A DNA stretch of 64,000 nt from Macrostomum hystrix (lineage: Eukaryota; Animalia; Platyhelminthes), in NCBI GenBank assembly GCA_950097015.1, contig CATNEN010000039.1, forward strand, positions 13,144,001 through 13,208,000. Direction: 5' to 3'. The translations under genes were made by a program, and so were the position numbers. The notes under the pieces were generated by a model, which was not told where the DNA came from, did no database searches, and was given only the letters and a program-made list of their open reading frames with translations. Numbering within the stretch: the first letter of the stretch is position 1; every line of letters begins with the position of its first letter. Shown piece after piece: positions 28,282-37,661 of this stretch.

Positions 28282-29413
28282 TATCAGAAATAGGCCTAAA
28301 TTTTTAATTAGATTGAATTTACAAATTCAATTAAAATCTGCATTTCCATGCTTATTTAGGGGCCTATCAACACTGAACAAGGCAAGAGGCCTATTGTCTA
28401 ATTTTAAACTGAGAGGTTTTCTTATAACTAAAGGGCCATTATGACATGTGGCCATGGTGTTCAGAGTCAGAGGCCATTTTGGGCCATTTTAATTTAGGCC
28501 CAGTGACAATGTGAAAAATTGATTATAAAGGCAGATTTAAATCAGAGCCATACAAGCTCGAACTAGCTAGCCATGCCCATAGGGGTAGGGGCCTATAGGA
28601 GCATATTGAAAGAGATAACAACCGAACAAAGCAAACAAAAATAAAATAGACTAGAGTACTAGACTAGAAATTAGATGCTGTAGCAGCTTAGCTCATAGAC
28701 CTAGTCATATAGATATTATGTATTTTGCAGAGATAATATATAATAATAAAGAGACTCGCTGAAAGTAAAAATTTACTAGGGCCTACGATTTTTTGCTGGA
28801 GTCGGTAGGCCTAGACAAAGATAAGATTAATTTTTAGAAAGCACAAATAAAGTTCACAACTTCAGAAGATGTCAAGTTCCAAAGGGCACCTTGTCCGATA
28901 AAACTACTTTGATTGCGTACATTGCATGTTAACTAGGGGCCTATTGTTGACCAATGAAAATTGTCGACATAGCAAATCGCACAAAGAGCTAGGGGCCTAT
29001 CGTTTTAGCCAAATTTTGTCCTGCTTTTGACGAAATTGCAATATGAAAACATTTACTCACGCAAGTAACGATGCATACAATTTCAGCAAATCAAGCGACA
29101 CACAGTTTCACAGTGATGTTGAAGTAAAGTAAAGTAAAACTTGATTTCGTGGCCCTTGCAATTCTTTTTTCTGATGGTAAATTTGAACACCCTGTCATTT
29201 TATTTTACAAGCTGCATTTGCATGGCTCAAAGCTATACGAGTTACTAGTTGGGCCTTAGAGACAAATCTTTGTTGTAGATGCAGTGTTCCTGTATCCCAA
29301 AAGCACAGATACGGGCGTCAGCAATTAGCAGCAGTTTGAAGTGCTGTTTAACTATTTATGGCCGACTTCTACTACATGATTTCAGTTTGGCAGTTTTCAG
29401 CCTGCAGTGGCAT

Positions 29414-29531
29414 GGCAACGGGCATCAAGCAACGTTGGACCGGTTCTCGTCCGATCACTGAAGTTAAGCAATATTGGTTTTGGTTAGTATTAAAATAGGT
29501 GACCGCCTGGGAATACAAAATACTGTTACCT
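29414..29531 (+). pseudogene. Degenerate 5S rRNA copy
   Basis: Colinear with the 5S at 30301 (ACCGGTTCTCGTCCGATCAC..GGTGACCGCCTGGGAATAC..T-run), but the 5' part is rearranged and box C is mutated (TATTAAAATAGG vs TACTTGGATGGG). Confidence 0.85.
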
Positions 29532-29729
29532 TTTTATAAGCATTATAATAAGCAAAGAATGCATAACAATTGCATACGCAAAACGAGCGAGCCAGAGAGA
29601 CTAGTTTTATACTCAGTCTGCGTGATTTTCTTAGCATAGCTGCTTCTGCTCTTCAAGTTCTTTTTCAGCTCTGCTGCATTATTCTCATTGATTATGTTCT
29701 AGCTATTATATAATGCTAAATTTCTGTGA

Positions 29730-29890
29730 TCTTGGCTCTTTCCAAAAATATCGACCAGAGAGCTATACGTGTATCGCACTATCAACCTGACGTAGGCTGT
29801 AGCTAGTTGCATAATTTTTGCCTGCTCTCCCCGGCATCGAGTACTTGCAGTAAGGTACCCTTGGCCAATACTAAAATGCCTTCGGGACGC
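29730..29890 (+). ncRNA. Candidate Sm-class small RNA with an anti-SL segment (SmY-like; unidentified)
   Basis: Sm-type site AATTTTTG at 29813-29820 lies between predicted hairpins (TGTAGC/GTTGCA before it; TCCC.GGCAT/ATGCC..GGGA after it). 29839-29859 is complementary to the neighbouring SL exon. Boundaries are estimated. Confidence 0.4.
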
Positions 29891-29943
29891 CCTAGCTAAA
29901 ACAATAGTTAATTGGCGAGGCGAAATTTGATTATCGAACCTTT

Positions 29944-30065
29944 GCCGAATTCAGTCGGTCTCTTACTGCGAAGACTCTCTTTTTTGCATGGTAAGACACC
30001 GTGCGGATCCAATTGATCGAGCGATCTGCTGTATTTTTGACAAGCCGCACCCAGACTGCGGCTGC
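29944..30065 (+). ncRNA. Spliced-leader (SL) RNA gene
   Basis: Leader ends ...GCATG|GTAAGA (terminal AUG typical of flatworm SLs, donor at 29991). Stem I is CGGTCTCTTAC/GTAAGACACCG and contains the donor. Stem II is GCGGATC/GATCTGC. Sm site ATTTTTGA at 30033-30040. 3' hairpin AGCCGCA/TGCGGCT. The leader core CGGTCTCTTACTGCGAAGACTC matches my recollection of the Macrostomum SL. Confidence 0.88.
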
Positions 30066-30300
30066 CTAATAAAACTAAAATACAAAAGCTAGTGGTGCCT
30101 GCCGTAGAAAAGTACACAAATTTGCAAACTTGATAAAGCTTCGCTGCATGATTACTCTTTCATTGGTTGCTTGCAATTCTTATAGTTGCCAATCAAAAAT
30201 ATATTGTTTTCAAAGATTGACTGATTGATTTGTCCAACCAATATTACAATATACTCGACTGAATTGAGTATATATGCCAGTTTGGCCGCTTCCAGCCAGT

Positions 30301-30419
30301 GGCAACGGCCATACCACGTTGAAAACACCGGTTCTCGTCCGATCACCGAAGTTAAGCAACGTTGGGTTTGGTTAGTACTTGGATGGGTGACCGCCTGGGA
30401 ATACCAAATGCTGTTGTCT
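30301..30419 (+). rRNA. 5S rRNA
   Basis: Canonical metazoan 5S: CGGCCATACCACG..CTCGTCCGATCACCGAAGTTAAGC..GTTAGTACTTGGATGGGTGACCGCCTGGGAATAC. Terminal stem GGCAAC/GTTGTC, T6 Pol III terminator, TATA-like element ~30 bp upstream. Confidence 0.97.
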
Positions 30420-31173
30420 TTTTTGCCTTTTCTACCAATTAACAAAAACCACAGACAGCACAGGTCTGGCCTGGCCTAGCCGGGTCTCATTAAATATTTT
30501 GGGTCCACTCTAAAAATCACTTTACTGCAGCATGTACTCGTAAATGGTCAAGAAAAATACATGCGCGATCTATTACATTCAGATATAAAAATATATCAAA
30601 AGAATCGATACCTGATCGAGCTAGGTACTTGTAATAGCTGTTTCAGGTATTAATTTTAGCTTATAATAGTTTCATAACATTTTCCGTCTCTTTGCGACCT
30701 TAATTATAGCGTACTTGTTGACTTGCCAAGTACGATATTCATATACTACCATAAGTAACTTTAGCCACCACAATAGGAGTCCGTAGACATTAGCGAGTGC
30801 TTCCTGCATTTATCAGCTTTTTTCTCGGAAACTGTTGATTTAGACAGCCTTAAATTTTACGCGAGTATTCGAGTAATTGTATTTATATTGGACATATAGT
30901 CAGATAAAAACACCTAGTTTGTTTTTCTGCCAAGCCTACGATATAACAATATAAAACTGAAGGTCGAAGGCGATTGGTCAGACGACGATAATCCTTGGCG
31001 CTCTCTGCCAATTGGCGTCGAACCATCGATCGGTCTAGATTCCGATTGGCTTCGATTTTAGACGAAAGGGCAAATATTTTGGCCAAACTGCTATACCAAC
31101 AACTGTTCTAGAACTGAAAAGTTATTGACTTGTTTTCTAGCTTACCCGAATAATTTTTCTTAGTAGCTGTAGG

Positions 31174-32683
31174 ATGATCGATTCAATGCCCAACTCATCG
31201 AGATCGTTTAACGTCAGTAATGGACCCATAAAGTACTTCAATTTAATTGATATTTTGGTAAGTTTATCGAAGAAAATAACTTTTGTTAGAAAAAACTACT
31301 GGCATGATAAATAAAGAGCTAAATCAACCATTAATATGCCAACAGAAACCAGACCTCGAATCATCAGGGCCCCAGCCGTTTCCAACTCAACAACCAGTTG
31401 ACACTGAGACTGAACAGTCACTGCTTGCTGTCACTTGCCTCACCTGGCCATACCTGAAGTCAATCAGTTTCGCGCTGCTAGCGATCTGCCTAGTCTCTAT
31501 CAACCTGATTGTCGTGCTGGGTAATACGCTAGTAGTTCTAGCTGCTTGCACCTCGGCTAAGCTGCAGAACGCCCTAACGAGTACGTTTGTGGTGAGCTTA
31601 GCGCTGAGCGACCTCCTACTCGGCGCTGCTGTGCTACCGTTCTCAACTGTGCACCAGCTTCTGCTCAAACACTGGGTCTTTGGCAGTCGCTGGTGCCAGA
31701 TTTGGCTAGCAACTGATGTCTGGACCTGTACCGCATCCATTCTCAACCTGGTGATCATCAGTCTGGACCGCTACTTCAGCCTTTGCCATCCGTTGAAGTA
31801 TCCCAAGCTGATGAACCGTCGAAGAGCTCGAGCCATGGTGGCTGGTGTTTGGATACTGGCCAGCGCCATCAGCCTTCCAACCTTGCTGGCTGGTTCCGCG
31901 TCAAATCAGCATCAGGAAACTGGCAGGTCCAATGTGACAAACACCGAGACCAATGCTGAAACATCTGTCACTGGCTGCCTTCGACTGGGTCCAACCTGTA
32001 CAATCGCTCAGAGTGAGAGAGGCTACATTGTCTACTCCGCTCTCGGCTCATTCTTCATTCCATTGCTGGTCGTGACCTACCTGTACGCCAGAATTTGCAG
32101 CGTTGTACATCGAACTCTGCGAGCTGGACGAATGGGCACAGTCACTGTACAGGCTAGACGACAGTACGGAGAGCTAAGAGTGCACAGAGGTGGCGGTGGC
32201 GCTGTCGGGGGCAGCGGGGGCGGTGGCGCCAGCGGCGGCGATGTGACGGGCGCTCCGCTATTCTCGGCTCGCTACGGTCGCGAGCTGAAGGCCGCCCGGA
32301 TGCTGGCCATCATCTGCGTGGCCTTTGTCGGCTGCTGGGCGCCGTTCTTCTCAGTCTACCTGTCCGGAGCCGCCTGTCCTGGCTGCGTTGCGCCGCGAGT
32401 GTTCGACTTCTGCTTCTGGCTGGGCTACTTGAACAGCGCCCTGAATCCATTTATCTACGCTTTATTCTCTGCTGACTACCGGCGCGCGTTCAAGGCGTTG
32501 ATTGTGCGACTGTGTCGGGCTAGAAGAATTCCCAGCTTTCGCGTTGGCGACCGCGGAGGTTACAGAAGTGGCGGCGGCGGCGTCGGCAGCAGAATCGGCG
32601 GAGTTGCTGGCAATGTTGAAGTCAACAGTCGGGCTGTCCTTCGCAGCGGATTTGTGTCCTGTTCAGCTGAAACCCATGCCTAA
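31174..32683 (+). CDS. Biogenic amine GPCR, alpha-type octopamine receptor-like; probable exons 31174-31257 and 31346-32683
   Basis: Seven TMs: GN in TM1, LALSD in TM2, TM3 Asp in WLATDVWTCTASILNL..SLDRY, TM5 YSALGSFFIP, ICL3 LRVHRG, TM6 CWAPFF, TM7 WLGYLNSALNPFIY. The inferred 88-bp GT-AG intron adds an N-terminus with NSS/NVS glycosylation sites (less certain; alternative ATG at 31304). Confidence 0.9.
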
Positions 32684-33849
32684 ATGCGGCGCATGCAATG
32701 AAACTACAGCTTTGAATCACCCTTAAAACAACCAGAAATTAATAACGTTTCGCCATTATTGAAAACTAATTTATAAAATACATTTTTTGCTTAGTTTACC
32801 CGTTTAATCGCAAGTATATTCAGTTTCTAGCTTAAATACTAATTGGACTCTGTCATTCTTATGCTTCTCGGAAAAAGATGCTTGGAACCGCGATGAAGGG
32901 TCGCTTCAAATCTCGTCCACGACGGATTAACCTGCAGAAACGTGCCAAAGAGCTACCTTTCTGACCATGCTTAACTACCTATCGACTTATTTTCTACTTA
33001 TCAATCATTTTCATGCTGGATTTCGGAATCTGGTTGAGTCAGGAATTCCCAGAGATTGAATGAACACTCATTTAACAGCTTTGCTTAGAGACCAGGCGAA
33101 CCGTGAATCAGTTATCCGGAGTGGAATATGATGAACTAACTGACTAGTGGCAGCATGAGTTAATTGGAAGGCTCCATCATGCCTCACTAGATTCATGCTG
33201 CAGCGCTTGGTGCATCGATGTAGGGGATCTTGGAGGAACAATTCTTTCAGCTTGCTTTGGCTAGATCATCGAGATGTGCTCCAAGTAGGAGGAAGAAAGT
33301 AGTTGGCTGAGTGCCAAGTTGCTTCTACAGCAGTGCCTGTCCTTCCTATTCTATCTGTTTCTTCCTATCTATTAAGTCTAAGCAGTCAAGTGAGCATTAA
33401 TTCACCGAAGATACATACCCTGCTCTCCTAACGCTTTCTATATTTATCTTTTTCTGGCAGATCCACTGTGGCATATGTCCGTAGATAAGGAGGGAGCGTG
33501 GTTCGAATCTTCGAAATTCCCAAATCTGATTATCGACAACACTGTTTGAAGACTATTGAAGTACTTTTGTGCTGTGTTCCTCTTCTAAAAGTGGATCGAA
33601 ATATGTACTTTTGGACTGGCCGTCTTTAGTCACGTAGACTGCTACAGCGAAATTCAGATTTGAATCGTTCAGATCGCCGATGCAGTGGCATGCAAATGAA
33701 AAAAGAAGAATTCAAGAACATTAGGTTTCGCGTTTTGACGAAATATGAAATTAATTGTTTGTTTTTCTAGTTTAATTTAATTTCGTAATAATTTCTAAAC
33801 GGACGGGAAGGCAACGAAAAGTCAGTTGTGTCTCAAGCTATTAATGCTG

Positions 33850-34890
33850 CTATTCTAGATACGATTCCAGCTTTGATTATTACTACGGCTGGGCTCCTGC
33901 TTCGATTGTAGCTCCGATTCCTGCTGCGATTCTAGATATAAATTATTCTGCGATTCTAGTAACGACCCCTGCGGCGGTTCTAGCTACGATTCCTGCAGCG
34001 ATACTAGCTACGATCCTTGCTGCGATTCTGGCTACGATTCCTGCTTCGATTCTGGCTACGATCCTTGCTGCGATTCTGGCTACGATTCATGCAGCGATAC
34101 TAGCTACGGATTCTGCTTCGATTCTAGCTACGACTCTTGCTGCGATTCTATCTACGACCCCTGCGGCGATTCTATCTACGACTCTTGCTGTGATTCTATC
34201 TACGACCCCTGCGGCGATTCTAGCTACGGATTCTGCTTCGATTCTAGCTACGACCCCTGCGGCGATTCTAGCTACGACTCTTGCTGCGATTCTATCTACG
34301 ACCCCTGCGGCGATTCTAGCTACGACTCTTGCTGCGATTCTATCTACGACCCCTGCGGCGATTCTAGCTACGACTCTTGCTGCGATTCTATCTACGACCC
34401 CTGCGGCGATTCTAGCTACGACTCTTGCTGCGATTCTATCTACGACCCCTGCGGCGATTCTAGCTACGACTCTTGCTGCGATTCTAGCTACGACCCCTGC
34501 GGCGATTCTATCTACGACCCCTGCTTCGATTCTATCTACGACCCCTGCTTCGATTCTAGCTACGACTCTTGCTGCGATTCTATCTACGACCCTTGCGGCG
34601 ATTCTAGCTTTGACCCTTGCGGCGATTCTAGATACGATTCCTGCTACGATTCTAGCTGGGCTCCCTTCTGCAATTCTAGCTTGGACCCTTGTGGCGATTC
34701 TAGCTACGATTCCTGCTACGATTCTAGCTGGGCTCTCTTCTGCGATTCTAGCTTGGACCCTTGTGGTGATTCTAGATACGATTCCTGCTACGATTCTAGC
34801 TGGGCTCCCTTCTGCGATTCTAGCTTGGACCCTTGTGGCGATTCTAGCTACGATTCCTGCTACGATTCCTGCTTCGATTCTAGCCACAAT
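33850..34890. repeat. 24-bp minisatellite (GCGATTCTAGCTACGACCCCTGCG-type)
   Basis: Tandem degenerate units. Explains the repeat ORFs on both strands. Confidence 0.93.
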
Positions 34891-35789
34891 TACTGGTTCT
34901 TTTCTAGCTACTGTTATAATTTTCAATGAGAAGTAAATCTTTCATAGAAAGTTTATCTCGTGTCAATTATCTAAATTAAGTGTATAATCTGCCCATTATA
35001 AAACTACTGCCGGGAGTTTCACAGCAATTGGGAAATACTATTGAAGACTTTGTACTCTTAAGAGCAATGAATTAGCATAAATTAGCTGACTAAGCTTTTA
35101 TGCCTCGACGAGCTTTCATTCCGTGAGTCGCTTGATAGAAAAAAAACGGTATAATATTTATGAGCCCAAATATGATTTTTGGACAGGTCTTGCTACTAAA
35201 TTATGAAATAATATTTAGTTAAGCAGTGAATAATAGTAATAAAGTAATTTAGTTTATATGGGTTTGTAACTGCATTATCTTTGGCGCTCTTGAATATAAA
35301 TATTAATTTACGAGTATATTTAACAAGTAGCGAAGATGTTTTACTATTCCGTTGGTCTCATTAAGTATAAAATGCATAATTTATGCTAGCAAACTAGTGA
35401 TTTATAACTGCTTCGATACTTCATCTTACTTCAGGGCTTGCTACGGAAATGCAATATAAACTGTGTTATGATAATTTGCGAAGAATAGAAAAAACATGTT
35501 TTTCATCTGCTAGCCCTTGCAACTATGCCTGTCGTACAAGAACAGGTAGAAATGCGTAACACTAGTAGGAGCCTGTGATTAATGGGATAAATCATAAATA
35601 TATTTTCGGGACTGGGACTGAAACGGAAGTTGAATTGAGATCAATATGGTCGTAGAAACTGCAGGAGGTTTAGAGGTAAACAAGAAAGAAATTAAACTAA
35701 AAAAGCCAATTGGAGAGAATAAAAACACGTAAAGATAAACTATACAAACTTGTAGGATAATCTACAAGCTCATATGATAAAAAAACGGC

Positions 35790-36975
35790 GATCTGATTGA
35801 CTAAAATACTCGAAGACGAAGTATGAACTAAAAACTCGTAGGATAGACTAAACATTCATTGGAAAAAACCAAAAACCCGTTGGATAAACTAAAATAGTCA
35901 TTGGTTCAACTGAAAACTCGTAGGATTACCTAAAATTCTCGTATAAAAAACTTAACTCCTCGTAGGATAAACTAAACACTCGTAGGATAAACTAAACACT
36001 CGTAGGATAAACTAAAATGCTCGTAACTAAAATACTCGTAGGATAAACTTAAGACTCGTAGGATAAACTAAAATACCCGTAGGATAAACTAAAATACCCG
36101 TAGGATAAACTAAAATACCCGTAGGATAAACTAAAATAATCGTAGGATAAACTAACATACCCGTAGGATAAACTAAAATACCCGTAGGATAAACTAAAAT
36201 ACTCGTAGGATAAACTAAAATACCCGTAGGATAAACTAAAATACCCGTAGGATAAACTAAAATACTCGTAGGATAAACTAAAATACTCGTAGGATAAACT
36301 AAAATACCCGTAGGATAAACTAAAATACTCGTAGGATAAACTGAATACTCGTAGGATAAACTAAAATACTCGTAGGATAAACTAAAATCCCCGTAGGATA
36401 AACTAAAATACCCGTAGGATAAAATAAAATACTCGTAGGATAAACTAAAATACTTGTAGGATAAACTAAAATACTCGTAGGATAAACTAAAATACTCGTA
36501 GGATAAACTAAACACTCGTAGGATATACTAAACACTCGTAGGATAAACTAAACACTCGTAGGATAAACTAAAGACTCGTAGGATAAACTAAACACTCGTA
36601 GCATAAGCTAAAGACTCGTAGGAATAACTAAAGACTCGTAGGATAAACTAAACACTCGTAGGAATAACTAAAGACTCGTAGGATAAACTAAACACTCGTA
36701 GGAATAACTAAAGACTCGTAGGCTAAACTAAACACTCGTAGGATAAACTAAACACTCATAGGATAAACTAAACACTCGTAGGATAAACTAAACACTCGTA
36801 GGATAAACTAAACACTCATAGGATAAAACTCGTAGGATAAGCTGAAATGCTGGTAGGATAAACTAAAATGCTCGTAACTAAAATACTCGTAGGATAGACA
36901 AAAATACTCGTAGGATAAACTAAAATACCCGTAGGATAAACTAAAATACTCGTAGGATAAACTAAAATTCTCGTA
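35790..36975. repeat. 20/21-bp minisatellite (CTCGTAGGATAAACTAAAATA)
   Basis: Tandem units: a 21-bp block followed by a 20-bp block. Confidence 0.95.
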
Positions 36976-37661
36976 TTTTTACTCGTGGGATAGACAAAAT
37001 GACTGATTGGATACACTAAAAGAATTTTATTTTATCCTACGAATTCTCGTAGAAATGAATTTTATGTGCAAAAAAGTTTCTGGATAAAGTGTTAAGTTTT
37101 ACATATTGATTTTTGTTCGATTACATTTTTGAAATTTAGCCTTTTACCACTATAATAAAATTGTATCTTATTCTATAGCTCCAAGCACTTTCTTCTAGTC
37201 CTTCAGAATTGTTTGCAGCAATTAAATTCCTAACATTCCAAAGCCTGTCCGAGACAGCGCAACCTTTCCCATTGTTCAACTGTACACCAAACACAAGGTT
37301 TGGTGAATAGTGGCATCGCAAATTGAGTTACAATTTGGTTGTTGTTGGCAATGTCAAGCCTATAATGCGAATGGAAGAGAGAATGCACGTCAGAGTCGGA
37401 GCAGGTAGAATTATGCGTACATTGCCTTCTTTTCGTTTTATTGTGTGTGGGCTCAGTAAACACACATACAGTAAGCGCATTTGCTTTTCGAGTTAAGTAG
37501 GCAGAAAAAATTAGTTTGACCCCTTCAGCTCTTAAACAATGAGTAGGGGGGGGCGATTCTTGTTATAAACTTCTAGAAGTGGGTGGCAGTTGCGCACAGA
37601 AACACATGAGAGCAGGACAAAATTGTCAATTTTATCATTTTAAAAAGTCATCAACGATCAA

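Noticed and set aside
29839-29859. A second SL gene on the minus strand
   Set aside because: The SL-like 21-mer is not followed by AUG|GU or the SL stems on that strand. It is kept instead as an antisense element.
30152-30479. ORFs overlapping the 5S gene, and 29908-30117 overlapping the SL gene
   Set aside because: Incidental frames across RNA genes.
34087-34936. Long ORFs on both strands (ARIAAGVV / AILATT repeats, Cys-Asp-Ser ORF)
   Set aside because: Products of a 24-bp minisatellite, with no splice or domain support.
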